Below are positions 37,236-51,149 of a stretch of 64,000 nt of DNA, piece by piece. Location: contig NW_026853347.1 in NCBI RefSeq assembly GCF_026571515.1, positions 62,001-126,000 of the forward strand, written 5' to 3'. Each line of letters opens with the position of its first letter. Within the stretch, counting starts at the first letter, position 1. A program made the position numbers and the translations under genes. The stretch comes from Ruditapes philippinarum (Eukaryota). The notes under the pieces are model-generated. The model was not told the DNA's origin. It was given only the letters and a program-made list of their open reading frames with translations, and searched no databases.

Positions 37236-37310
37236 ACCGTGCGTACCTGAAATAATTCAAGGAAAGTCACATGAGGTCTTCCACCCCACCACCAGTAAAT
37301 CTGGGAGGAA
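37236..37310 (+). mobile_element. SINE family A fragment
   Basis: cgtacctgaaataat..cacatgaggtcttcc..ccaccagtaaatctgg. Confidence 0.55.
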
Positions 37311-37632
37311 AAATAAAACAATTAAGCAAGGAAACATTCACCTGCCAAAGCAATATTAGCATATCGGATAAACACATTGGCTGCCATTTAAATCTCAATT
37401 ATTATTCAAATTTTTTCTGTAATTTTCATTTCTTACTTTTTTACAATTATAACAACATCACGAAAACATTTCCTTGAAATATCCCATAAACAGTTTAAAC
37501 ATTGCTCTAAAAAGTGTTCTTGAGCATGATCTCATTTTTTGCAAATAGAAATGTGGTTATGTTTTAAGAATATATTTGTACAAACAGAATAATTGCATTG
37601 GAGAGAGTTGGAAATAATAATTTTAATTTTAG

Positions 37633-38997
37633 TTAATTCAAATTTGCCTTATGGTATATAAAAAATAACGTAAATAAACAATTGGTAAATAACAGAAAAC
37701 AACTTGTTACTTCTTCAACTCTTTGGGTCATCAAGACCTTGGGAAGTATTAGTAAAAAAGACAGCAATGCACGCAGTACTTTGGCAATAATGTTGTTGCA
37801 TAATCTGTCATATCTGGCTGAGGAGGAAGGACACCAGACTAATTTGTTGCTATATTCATAGCATGCTTGCTGGCAAACACACATAATTTATTAAGGTCTG
37901 CTTAATATCCGCCGTCTTAATTTCTCCATTTATAACTTTATTCTTTTCACTATAAATTGTGAATGAAAACTATAAATCGTTGTTAAGTCGTTTTGCCGAT
38001 ATATTTGTTTTTATGTTGAATTCCTCATGAATCTAGATAAAGTTAACACTTTCAAATTTCTTATGTACTAATTTTGTATGGTAAATAATAATTTTATGTT
38101 TTCAACATCGTGTGGGCAAATAAATGTTTTTGCCAAGTTTATCTAATTATTATGGAGTCTTGCAACTATTAAGTTTTCTCTTAATGTTTTTATGTAAGTC
38201 ATGTTAGTAAATAAAAGCTTAACTTTTACGCTCAATTAAATTCATATTAAATGTAACACGTGAACTTAACAAAGGAAAGGAATAACATAAGTAACTTAGT
38301 GCTTATTTTGATTGATTTACGTTATGAAAACCCCATTTTAAACTTTAAAAAACAAATTGCTAAATTTTAGTTGTCATGTAATTTTAATGATTGAAAGGGA
38401 TGAGGCCACTAAATTCAGGTCAAACTCATCTATATAAGTTCCACACTGTAACATTATGATTCAATTAAGTTAAAAAGATACTTAACACCGTTACATGTCA
38501 AAGAGCTTGACATTTGGGGTAAACAGTCACCTCTTATCATTATTTCAATGTTTTTATTATTATAATCATGATTTCATAATAAAAATGTAATTATTAATAT
38601 TACAAACGTTTATGAAAATATACAATACATTTTATGCAAAATGGCTTCTAAATGTTCGTTTAACTTTATAACTAGCTAGATTGCTTACAATGTGTAGACA
38701 AAAGATGAGTACTGCTAAAGGATGAGCGCATCACGTTCAGATAAATCAATATGAGAGATGGAAACTATTTTGGTCAAACGCACTTCAGAGTGCTCATCTG
38801 TTTCGCTCAAATATATCTATCCAGACCAGTATCCTGACAGCTAATCTGTAACTCCATCCATTCTTATCTATCTTCCTTAATAACTTATTCTTTCCTATGG
38901 TGTGAACAAAGCAAGCATTTCTCTTTGAAAAATCACCAAATGGCGGATTCTAAATTGTGACCGAATTAGAAAAATCAAGACCATACATTTTTGAGTA
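37633..38997 (+). pseudogene. Decayed two-exon C-type lectin-like sequence
   Basis: After acceptor ttttag (37632): C[P]YG..NW*ITENN/CYFFN..RPWE..RQQCTQY..SYLAE. After acceptor tgtag (38697): DEY..DGNYF[W]SN..KW...NCD..RPYI[F/C]E. Several frameshifts must be assumed. Confidence 0.35.
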
Positions 38998-39039
38998 ACA
39001 CACGATTGCCTTCCAATTTTATAATTTGAATAAATGAAG

Positions 39040-39190
39040 TTGCGTAGTCATCAAGTGGTAAACGCATTGGATAAGCAATTGAAGTATTGGTGGCCGAGCG
39101 GGTTCAAACCCCATCGGGGCAAAAAGTTTTGCACTTACGCAAGAAACTCATTGCTTAGTACTGGTTTGCTCCTAAAACAGATTAGAGTTT
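39040..39190 (+). mobile_element. Degenerate CORE-like SINE
   Basis: gggttcaaacccc B-box; gcaagaaact..cattgcttagtactggtt shared with 15368-15572. Confidence 0.65.
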
Positions 39191-40708
39191 TATTTTGGTA
39201 AATTTAATTATTATTATGTTTAAACAAAAGTCACTAACTAAGCTTTTAATGTGTCGTACGTGAAATGTATTGTTCGAAACATTTAGACTTAAGATTAAAG
39301 CTACATCATCAACTTATTGTTTGGTCTAAATGTAATGCTACAGTAATCGTTGGAGAAGAAATGATAGAACACGTACATAATTATATAAAATTTACAGATT
39401 GATTTTATCCAAAAAGGCTTGTATTAATTTTATGAAAGAAAAATATAGTAAGTAAGTGCTGAAATTGAAATAAATATATGTAATTAGACGTATTACAGAA
39501 GTTATTTCGTACAGGATTTCAAAGAATGTATGTCTCAAGAGTTGGTAAAGTAACCATTAATGTTGGCCAATTTTCATTCATTACTGTGAAAATTGAAGAA
39601 CAATGTAAATTAGAATTACCCTTGATTATATATCGCTGTATCATGTATCATTTTAGAATATATAAGTATGACGAAAATAGCAAAATTTCTTTTAATGTAA
39701 AAAGAAATCAAACGTCTTTGTTTTTTTTTATGGATTGAGACAATTTGATAACAGTAGCACAAAAACTTATAACTTACAATATTTTCTGTTTCTTTTCAAT
39801 ACCTTTATTGAATTACATTTTACATACAATGGATTTCTTTTAAAAACACTCAAATGCACGGTGTGTGTTTTTGTTGTTGTTGTTTTATGCATAATATTTT
39901 CCATAATAATAAAAAATACACACTTTATTTACAGAATAGAACACTTTAAAACATATACAGATTTAATTTGTAAAACATATACAGATTTGTAACAAATTAT
40001 TTACAATGTGGCCTGCTAAATAAAATTATATCAATAGAAGAAAATATAACATGTAAAATAAATAAATAAATGGTAATCACGGTGTTAATTTTATCTAAAA
40101 TACGGGATTGCATAACTAGAACACATAGCACGTGCTTCTATTGAAACATCCGCTATTGATAAGAACAAAAATGATGCTATGCCGTTATTATTTACTTTGT
40201 AAACGAAATTGTACCTAACGAAAGTATTAAAATGTATTGTACGAATTAAGATTGATTAATAGTGTTACTTACCAACGTTGATAGTAGTTATAATTAAATA
40301 AACAGACGATCCATCTTTATATTGTCATATAATATTGTGTTTCACTGAACGTTGTTTGTTCGTCATTTTTACATTAGACTTCTTTTTTCTTTAGCAAAAT
40401 GCCTTAAGCATCGGCTTTTATCATAGTAAATTTAATGATTTATGCCATTATAAAGTGATTATTTTAAGCTGATCGTATTTTTTATCAGTCAGGCCCTTTT
40501 TTAATTTCTATGGCTTAAGTGAATTTTAACTTTTTGAATTAAAAAAAAAACAGACAGAAATACTTTTAACCTTATTATCATTTTTCTTATTGTACTATAT
40601 GATTGTATAAATTCATTATTAAGACCCGTATGTATCTATAGTATCAAAATCAAATAAATGAAATTTTAACTTATTGATAAATTTAATATTGATGATTAAG
40701 AACTGATT

Positions 40709-40800
40709 CAGCTGCTTCTGCTTCTGCTGCTTCTGTTGTTGTTGTTGATGCTGCTATTGATGGTGATGATGATAATGATAATGCTGACGATAACGAGGAG
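40709..40800. repeat. Compound trinucleotide microsatellite (CTG/GTT/GAT)
   Basis: ctgcttctg..gttgttgtt..gatgatgataatgat. Confidence 0.85.
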
Positions 40801-40809
40801 GTGGGGGAT

Positions 40810-41051
40810 GCTTTTAATTTTTAAGAATAATTTAAGTCCAAAGTAAATGATATTATACGACCTCTGTAACACAACGGATAAATGTGAATTTCTCAAAACT
40901 CCTTGATAATTAATCTTCAGACGGCAGGGATATGTGAGAAGAACGGACACTTTTTATTTCTCCTCTATATTTCTGATAATTTAATGGTCTACTTAGATCA
41001 ACAATGATTACAGTATACCAGCCAAGAGGACATTATACTTTTTCTGTGTTC
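40810..41051 (-). pseudogene. Decayed C-type lectin-like exon
   Basis: After acceptor ctttcag: CPLGWY (41018-41032 for CPLGW), then NKKC[P]FFSHIPAV*..IKEF*E / NSHLSVV. The two TGA stops fall where the conserved W and C are expected. Confidence 0.35.
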
Positions 41052-42808
41052 CTGAAAGATTTCCAATTGATACAAAGTATTAAAGTATTTAGAGTATCAT
41101 CTTTTTTATTTGATGCATGCTGAACACATTAAACTAATGTCTGCAAGCTAAAACCTGACTTTTATACAAAGACTATAAATTAGGTGCATTGATTAGTGTG
41201 TTGTCTTTTAAATTAACGCCTATTTTTGTATTCTTTATTTTGTGTTGAATGTACTAGTTTAGGCTAATAAATTTCGGACGCACACTTGTCATAAAAGCTA
41301 AATAAATGTTAAAACCATCATCGGAACAGTTCTTGAAACGGAATCGATACACGGTTCAATAATCATAAAATAAAATAAAACTTTGCTTTTTTTCTCAATG
41401 CATTCAAATAATTGCAATGTAGTTCCAAATTTTATGTCAAGCACTCTCTTGACATTTTACAAACTCACATCCGCTACTCAAGAATTCCTGGAGATACCCC
41501 TGGAGTGAAGTTGATAACATTGAGCATGACATTTGTCATCAATCCGTGATAAGCTTAGACTTGAAGGTTTTCTGACGTAATAGTGAAATTGCTAGAAAAC
41601 AGTTTTGATATCTGGTTGGTTCATTAAACTATTGTGATAAATAAATAACACAGGAATGGTCTTCTTTATTTCATATTTGGCTGTAAATTTGGAGAGGAAA
41701 ATTTCCTTTGTTTAATAATTTATTTGATTTTAACGAATGAATATAAAGTCCTAGTCAATGAAATTATAACAAGGCAAGGGTATCTTAAAAAACTTTAAGC
41801 TTTCATCCCAACCATATTTCATATCTGATTGCAGTTAGTGTGTATTTATGTTTGATTGAATAAGATATTGTTTGAACTAATGACATTATAACAGACGAAG
41901 GGAAATGACATAATGACGCATAATTAATTATAAGAAAAGTAAAGGTAATGACCATTTTGCTCATGAGTTGGTGGGAAAATGGAAACCTTGAAGGTCGTCC
42001 AGTGCGGCCTAATTAAAAAAATGTTGCAAGCACTGTTTGATAAAGCCTGGTCATTCACGACACATTATTGTGCAAATATCGATAATTATGTAAATTAATG
42101 ATATAATATGATATTCAATAAGGTCTTAGAAAAAATAAAAAATCGATTGAATGAAAATATGGTATTAAAGGGCATAAATCATTTCAGTCATTATTTTACA
42201 AACACACAAAAGTAGATTAAAATTAAATAAATATGCAACGCTTATTCATATGTGTTTCAAATCTTTAATATTAAGGCGCTGTGTATGTGTTAACATATAA
42301 CAACAAACAGCTCAATTTATCTAAATGGAGAGTTTTAAATCACAGCAATATATTTGTTAAAGCACTAAAGCATGTAGTTTCGCCTATAAATTCAAACACA
42401 TTCTTATTCAAAACTCATTTAGTCTTGCAAAAAAAGATTTCAAAAAGATGATCCTTGAAGATCGTTCAGCACGACATAATTGTTGTTTATACATGTTATG
42501 TGGTATTATTTGTTTCTTCTTTGGCCTTTTCAACTTGGGTGGTTCCAGTATTCAAACTTGAATACTGTTTTATCACCGTAAGGATATGTTGCCTGCTTCT
42601 TAAATTGTTTTTTTTGACGTCTTGTCTGTGATATGCAGGCTTCATAACCTCAGATCTCCTTTCAAAATTCCAATTTATTTAGTTACGCCCATTGTTTTCT
42701 CGTTTAGGGCACACGCATTTGTTTAATTGGGGACCATACGCCGCTTTTCATGTTATGGCACTACTGTGTCACATTGAAGGTTCCCTGATAACCGCCGTAT
42801 GAACATAA

Positions 42809-43010
42809 CTGCGGATGTTTCTAAATTCAAAATTTCACCATTTTCGTGTTTAAATGTTGAATTCTGCTTAAGCCGGTGCTAGGGGGCGTGGACGGTAACT
42901 TGCACTTTCCATAACCGTCCATGAACAGGCTCAATCAAACCGAGCCTGCAACATTTTCAATTTTGCCGTGTTGAACTTTCTATAGGGATTTTATTTTTCT
43001 CTATTTTCAA
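42809..43010 (+). mobile_element. Family B interspersed repeat (longest copy)
   Basis: Contains stems ggacggt..accgtcc and caggctc..gagcctg; homologous to 23580-23735 (-) and 60103-60265 (+). Confidence 0.8.
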
Positions 43011-44334
43011 TTCATTTCTATTGAAATTACTAGAGGACAAACTGTAATTAGAAACATAGAAATTGTTACATCTTTGTGAACTTATGCCATAAAATACAGC
43101 ATGTTTTAACCTTTATAGAGAATTGATTTGACGTGAAACAGTATATGTACTAAAGTACAGCACTGAAGTTGCAATCAATATTAACTACATATATTTTCAT
43201 TTAATTATGTGATAAACAAAAACATGGTACTTAGGTACTTAATATTCATCAGAAAAAATACCCTATTTATAAACTATAGTCTATGAAACAAAATTGACTG
43301 TAATATTGAAATATTCACCATACATTTTTATACTTTATTTAAGATTAACATATATGTAATAATTTACGCTGATTCAGGATCCATTAATAAGCTAAACTTA
43401 GTGTACACATAAGATGTTCCATTTTACATTTAATATCTTAAATGGAACACCTACATTGTCTCTCATGCAATTAAATGATTTTAAATTGCAGTTGCTTCAT
43501 GAGTATGATGAAAACGCATTGTTGAAAGCTTAAGATATAGTAGTATGTCAGTATGCTCAATCTGTTCAATCTGTGGTAATTGGTGTTAAAGCCAAAGTAT
43601 TATCCTTTTTTATTCTATTAAAAAGCAAGCATGAATTTATTTGTCAAGCTTTTATTTATACAATGTAATACATAACTATCAAAGTCTGAATTACTACGGC
43701 ATTACTACAACCATGTTAATTCGTGCTGCATATACTTGATAATGTGTCTTCGTAGTAATGTTATAAAAGCCATAGGAAAAATATGACAACACAATAATTT
43801 TTTTACAATCTTACATTGGATTAAAAAAATAAAAGAACAGCCTTAGCATAATGTGAATCAACCCTCGTACTATTCCTATGGGTTTTTAGAGACAGCGTTG
43901 ACTTTTGTCTTGTACGGTTTTAGTTTAAAATAAATAGCAAATACGATTTAAGGTAGTTTGCAACTTTCCGACCGAAATCTGATAAAACATCTCAGATGTT
44001 GATAAGTTCTGATATGTGTAAGCTTTACTTCCGCAGCATTATTTTGTAAAATAAAAAACGTTGATAGACGTAAAAACGTCCCCTTTCGGCGGCGGCGATA
44101 TTGCGTCCTTTTATCAGTAAAACGGCTTGTTTTTCTGTGGTTTTTTTTATCAAATCTCCTTAGACTTTATTCGTTTACTTTTTGTAATGTTCAGTAGACG
44201 TATTCCTTTTTATAAATGTCTTTTTTTAACTTCTTACTGCTAAATATACTGCGATTCTACTGCTAATTTCCCTCCGATTTGATGTACAAACCTGTTAATT
44301 ATATCCGCGCGTCATCGCAATAACAGTTGTGAAT

Positions 44335-44392
44335 TAATAATAATAATCATCATAATAATAATAATAATAATAATGATAATAATAATAATAAT
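44335..44392. repeat. (AAT)n microsatellite, imperfect
   Basis: About 19 units with ATC/GAT variants. Confidence 0.95.
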
Positions 44393-47218
44393 TAACACGG
44401 TGAATTTTGATATAATGCTTTAGAGTGACTGTAGTGTAGGAAAATATCTATGGAATAAAAACAAAGGGCTGATGCGTAAGATATTTTGTTATAAGTTTTT
44501 TAATATAAAATAAGAGGTGAATTAAACGTAATGATTTCGGTGACTTTAATATACGTTGGAGTTCAAAGAATGTACCAACAAATAATTTCCCTATCACTCT
44601 TACAGGGACTAACTGCTAACTGCTTCAAAAAATTCTTCATACGTTTTATCTCATACGCCTGTCAATTAACCCCACCCTTCGTTATGAAAGTTTTTAATGA
44701 CATGAAATTTACAAACTTTTAGCATTTTTCATATCTAATATATATTGTAATTACACTTAAACGTTCTCAATACTCTCAAGATTAATTCAGAAAATGAGGA
44801 AGGTGGTTATTTAATATATAAACCGTCTCATATTGGAAGTAAAACGGTTGAAAATAATATTGTTTTTTCTAATAATGTGTCCTTTTGTTCAACTCTTATT
44901 ACAAATCGATATAAACATTTTTTTTATTTATCAGAAAGTTGATACCTTTGAGACTCAAATTAAAACCTTGATTTCTTATCTAAAACAGTTTTTGTTTAAT
45001 GTGTCAAAAGATTCAATATAATATATCATGGAGTAATTCGACACCAAATATAGCCGATAGCCTTATTATTTTAGTTCAATATCTTGAAACAACGACTATT
45101 TTTGATATTTCTTTAATAGAACTCCACCGAGGTCCTAAAGCTTAAAACATAAAATTTGATTTAAAATAAAATCAGCTGGGGCACTAACAATATAAAGATA
45201 TGCAAAACATAAATAAGAAATATATACTTATTTAGAAATATGAATAAAAAATTGCATTCTATGCTATTCTTGTGCCGATTTAAGTAGAAACCGTTGCAAC
45301 CTTTTTCAAGTTTGGATTCTTTTTCACAAAAAGAATTATATTACTGGAGAATGGAAAATCAAGTTCCATCATGTCCAAAACATAAATGGAGTCCCTTTAA
45401 AGTAATAACATAGAGAATTTTACACAAATACTAAAATATTAATAAAATGGTAACGTAATGGATGTGTTCTAGCATTTGATCTTTTAAACAATAATAGCAA
45501 TGGTTCTTCTTTTTGTTGCAAATAAATGTTATTTGAGAAGAAATCTAAAACTAAAACAAAACTAATAAGTTATTTCGATCACCTTCGTCTTTTGTCGACA
45601 ATATAAACTTATCATGTATGCAAACTATTGTTGGACTTGTGAGCATTTTATCTTTCCATATTATTATAAATGATAATAATGCAAAAAGTAAAAAACAAAT
45701 CATATTCGTATGTATATACATCAAACTTTTTTATCATAAATTATCATCACAACTGTTTATTTTTTCCTATTATTTATTGTAACATAATATAAACATAGAG
45801 AACAGTTTTTCAATCCGTGAACTTGAGTAAGTAAAATAATGTTGCTGAAACTCTGCAACAAACAGTAAAAAGAATGTAAATGCTATAGCATTGTGTTCCG
45901 GCTTCAGGAATAACATAATGTAACATTATATAACTGTAAATAAATGGATTGTTTAAAAAAAACCTGTTACATCTGTATTTCGAGAGCTTTTGCATACTGC
46001 ATACAGTTATAATGAAGACATATTTATATGACAACTCGTGCAAATTCAGGAGAGAAACCGATTAAAATGGTATTAATTATCTCAGAATGAAAATTCATAA
46101 TATTTGATTCCAGCCTACGCAAGATTATCCTGCTATGCGAGTTTCACAAAAGATTTTTTAAATATTGTCGAAATGAATTGAATGATTACACAAATCATGC
46201 CAGTCTATTGGCTACCATGTTGAAATAGGTTACAAAAAAACAAACATAATTGAGTAGGATACTTCCTGCACATCCTTAGATAATTTTCATTAGATATTTT
46301 TAATTTGAATATATGTAACCTTCATTATTATGAGAAATAATAGGGTATCTTTATTCGAGAAAAGCTTTGTTATGTTTGTCATGGAAGCATACCGTCTTTC
46401 AATTTTGATGTTGTAACATGATTATAATCGATTGGAGGGGAAATTATAAATACATGTAGTAATGAAATATATAATCGAAGCCACAAATTTAATGAAAAAG
46501 AAGTTGTGATGCGATTATATACATTAACTTTTTTGTGGCGTCACTTAATATTTTAGTTGCCTTATTTATGCAAATAACGTTCCCATGACCAGACCGAATC
46601 ATATCTAACCTGAATTAATCACATTTTACTTCAAAGGTAAGTTCTTTACTCAATCAATTGATGTAACTGAACAACGGTCAATGAATTAATATGTTCAAGG
46701 TTTCTGATATATCCATTTAATGTTTGAATTCCTATCTGAGTCTGTTGTCATATCGCTCATTGACCAACAAAGTGTTCAAAGTTTACGATCTGAACAAAGT
46801 CCAGTTCTGATAACTTTCTTTATTTCATGCTTTCCAGTGTTTTATTGTAATATTTTAGATGATTATTTTCTGATAAACCACTAGTGAAATTTATAAAATA
46901 TAATTTTCACTGTAGCCGGACTATATCTAAATGCGGATGAAAAGAAAATCATAACTAAATGGAATAACAGGCAGAAATAAATGCTGTCATACATAAATTT
47001 TGCTTCTTTAGGAAAAGAAAGTCGATGTCACCATCCATTATGTTAAAAAATGTAACAAAATTAGAGAATTGTAACAGAACTATATTTCAAAATTAATGAT
47101 CTGACGTCATTACGTGATGACGTCGTCTTAAAGGAGAATGTGTGACGTTACGCGGCAAAAATCAGTAAAAGAAAACACTTTAAATCACATAAAAAGCATA
47201 AAATAAAAAGAAAATTAA

Positions 47219-47366
47219 TTTGTTTTACATATAAGATTGAAATATATTTCATTCGTGAACACCACCAGCTATTATGTTTCACTCGTGGCTACGTCACTCG
47301 TAAAAATATTGCATCTGGTGTTCACTCAGTGTAATTTTAATATTTCAATCTTACATGCAAAACAAA
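47219..47366. mobile_element. Palindromic element with CTCG-hairpin-CTCG centre
   Basis: Arms tttgtttt..taagattgaaata..gtgaacacca / tggtgttcac..tatttcaatctta..aaaacaaa; centre tttcaCTCGtggctacgtcaCTCGtaaaa (47282-47300). Confidence 0.8.
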
Positions 47367-48298
47367 CAAATATCCTCTATGTAATGAAGCTTATAATAAA
47401 TATAAATCTTGAAAAATTGAGGCTTTAAGAATAAGATTCCTGTAACTTAAATGTTAAAAAGACAACAACAAGTTCTGCTATTTCGACATTTATTTGGACA
47501 TTTATCTTAAAAAAACGTTCTTTTTTGCATTCATTATGACGCAAAACTAGAGTCAATTTTATAACAAGGTCAAGTTTGATAAATCAGGATGACTTCATTA
47601 GTAGATGTTTTTGTAAGACAGCGTGTGTAAAATGTTAAAAGAGAATGACGAAAAAATCTTAGTTAAGTTAATCAAGAGCCAATGCTATAATTGTGTTTCA
47701 CACGTAAATGTCTTTCGTCACGTTTACTTTTATGCCATTTACATCAAGACGTCTTGTGTTTTTCTTCCTGCTTTTATGACAAGGAAGTAAGAAGCGAAAA
47801 TCTTCTATGTTTTATAATTAAACTTTCCTTCTCATAAATGTAAATATGTAAACAATAGCTTCTGTTAAATTGTCTAATACAATGTTATTTGTAAGACATC
47901 AATGTATATTCTTGTTTCGCGTTACCTTTCCTTACATAAACTAGTATTGAACAGATTCAAAGTTAACGAATCTTTACTAATTGCATTTGTTTACAATTCG
48001 ATTTTTCTTTTTAATTAACAAAAATGTGCTTATTTGAGCCCTGGTTGATATATCTCAGTACACTCTTATAGACGAAAACCATTTTTATGTCTTGCCTGAA
48101 CATACCTACTTAAGTCGGTGCTAAGGGACATAAAAAGCTGTTGTTATTTCTTTGTCTAAGTCTAATGAACAGATTCAGATATTTTAAGAACACTATAGAT
48201 AGATATTCTAAATCGATGATTATTAAGATAAAATTGTTACCTGTGTTTTAAAACAAAATCATAATGTTCATATGCTTTCAAACACTTACTTTTGCAGG

Positions 48299-50320
48299 AG
48301 AACCAATAGAGACGTTTCTAGCATTCCTGAAGATTTTACAAATAGGGAAAACCTTAACTTGAGATGAGATTTCTTTTAAATATTGCGTAAATAAAAACAA
48401 ATTCATTGAAACAGCATAAAAGGGGACAGTATTCTTTTTTCAAGCTTTCTGACCCCGATAAATGTAAATAATATAATATATGATGAACAAGATCAACAAG
48501 GAAAGGCGTCATTAAATGAACGATCCAGCAACAAGGATCAGCGGCAAGAATTTCCTTTTTTGTCTTGCGTGTGTAAAAAAAGACTTGTGTAGTGAAGATC
48601 TTTAAACTATTTCGGATCTGAAAGTGAAGAGGATCACGATGCATTTACAAATCTGTATTAAAAAGTATGTATTTCAATAAACATGATATTTTTGTAAACA
48701 CATTATTTTCAAATCTTTGGTAGGTCATTGCCATAACTGAATTGTGACAGAATGATGTAAACACTTTTTAATTTACTTCTATTTCAGCTTGGTAATTATT
48801 ATGTGTTGTTTTAGATGTCAAATATTCAAAGGTTGGGTTATATATAGAGAATAGTTGTCATAAAGAGTAACGAAGTAATTCTCATGGAGTAACTTGTAAT
48901 TAATTCACAATTATTTCCTCTAAATATGAAAATATAGAGAAAGTGTCCAATTTTCCATCATTAGACTATTTCTAGATGATTTCCAGGAAAAAATTGTTAC
49001 TTCAGTCTTTTTGCATGCAATGATGTAAATCATATTATTATGTTAACAAAATTGCTTTAAATGGTGATAAAAAAGTCAATTCACAAATTAAGTTTATTAT
49101 CTTTAAAAATTGGCATCCAAAATAAAATAGAATAACGAAATCCCCCAAAACCACCAACATGGCAAAATTTACCATGTTCATGTACTGTGGTACGTGCGCG
49201 TCTATAGCACTAGATAAAGCAGTTTTAAAAACTTAAAGTGACATTATAAAATATTTTCATTGTAAAGTTGAGCTGAATTGACAATATATTTAGGACTGTT
49301 ATAAACAGTGCTTCTTAAGTAAGCTCAAGCGTGAAAATCTGGAAAAGGAAGAATCCTTCAGAAGCGATGTAAACAATATTTTAAAAGACTCAGTTTTAAT
49401 GGAATCTGTTCATGAAACAAAATCAATTGAATTAAACATCACTCTAGCCAATTAACAACGGATTAATCGGAATTCGATCTTCAATACCAATGTGCTCGAA
49501 ACATACATAATTCATTCTGAAATTATGAAATTCTGAATCTATAGCCTAAATTTTCGTTTTCGAAATTCCCTAAGACTGTTTCTATCAATTACAGGGATTT
49601 TGTATCAATTTTTTAATACAAATACAATTGTTTAACAAAATGAATGATATTCTTATATTTCAGATTAAAATTACGAAATGGACAACGATGTCTTATTTCT
49701 ATTCAGTTCTTCACTTTCAATGTCAGTATGAAACGAAACCACACTTACGGCAGAAATCTGTAATGATAAAAATTCTTTCGGTTGATTTTTCTCAAAGTTT
49801 TTTTTATTTTCATCCTTAAAGAAGACTATAACCCTGTCAAATGTACTTCAATTATTTAGGGATCACTTTACATAATTCTATATCATTTATCACTGACAGC
49901 TCTTGTCTACCGTAAAACGTGGACATTCTAAGATAGTGACAGATCAGTATTTACAGTTATATTATCAATTTCTCTTAAATGTCAAAGATGAATTTAGACT
50001 AAAACTTTCTAAAATTATCATCTGACCTTTTTAAGGTATTGGAAGACAGATGAGTAAAAGTTTCAAGGGAAACGTTGTGATAAATGTCAATGGACAATTT
50101 TCCTTTTGATATAAAGCAAATTTGAATTATTATACGACGTACTTTTAAAGTTGTTGAATCAACATGGAATGAGCATTAATGCTACTTGGCAGTGTACAAT
50201 CCAGTCGTCAAAACGGATGTTTACAATCATTAAATGCCAAGAAGTCTTATAACTGAAAAGAAACGCAACGTGATAAAATTTGAGGATACCCCAGCTTAAT
50301 ACATGAAATGGTTGACCATT
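48299..50320 (+). pseudogene. Possible decayed multi-exon coding remnant, product unknown
   Basis: Acceptor-like sites (ttttgcag 48298, atttag 49293, tttcag 49663) precede protein-like frames, e.g. 49294-49455 DCYKQCFLSKLKRENLEKEESFRSDVNNILKDSVLMESVHE..; many stops; no family recognised. Confidence 0.25.
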
Positions 50321-50374
50321 GATTTAAAAAGCAAGATTCTAACACTATCGAAATTTTTTCTATATAAACAAAGA

Positions 50375-51149
50375 AGGCCTGAAGCGTGCATTATTCTACA
50401 ACAATGCACTCGCCGTTCTTATCATCTCCCTGTGTATTTTCACATTGAGGGCGCCATTTTGTTTGAATAATATGATAAATAAAACAATTTTTTGTCGAAT
50501 TTTGCAGTGAAAACTATCTAGAATTAAAGAAAATGGTCTAACTAAGAAAATTAATCCGAATACCAATATCTTTAATTCAGTCGTTAACGCTCTACAGACG
50601 TTTAAAGTGTTGTTTACGTGACGTCACAATGTAGCGCCAAACAGCACGTGCACAACAATCAAATCAAGTACGCTATTTTGATGTCGCAAACGAGTTAAGT
50701 TTTACACTTATTTTACTTTTAATAATTTGTATTTCGCTTAAAAATTAAAGAGTAAAATAAAATTAACAAACAAAGATTTATCAACGTTTTTAAAATTCGT
50801 TATTCTCAAAATGTTTCTACACACGGTAGATTTAACGACATTTTTTTCAACCCACTCGAACAGCCTTTAAAGAACGTTTCTATTGAAAACTCTGAGGCGA
50901 AAACAAATTTATCCACCAAACATAAAGTCCAACTTTGTTATAATAATTATATTTTTTCTTGACGTGTTAGAATGGGAATAGATATCTATTCTTCATGCAT
51001 TGTTGTATAATAATGCTCGTTTTTCGTTCAAATGCTTTGTAATTAATCACTCAGGCCTATCGGCCTTCGTGATTATATTACTACGCATTTGAACTCAAAC
51101 CGTGCATTATTCTACAACAATGCACTCAGAATTGATATCTATTTCCTAA
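50375..51149. mobile_element. ~780-bp non-autonomous element: terminal palindrome plus a distal direct copy of one arm
   Basis: Palindrome ~50975-51149 centred on aatcaCTCAggcctatcggccTTCGtgatt; 27-mer cgtgcattattctacaacaatgcactc identical at 50385-50411 and 51101-51127, inverted at ~50996-51019. Confidence 0.75.

Noticed and set aside
42780-42830. Hammerhead ribozyme upstream of family B
   Set aside because: No CTGANGA...GAAA core with the required stems was found.
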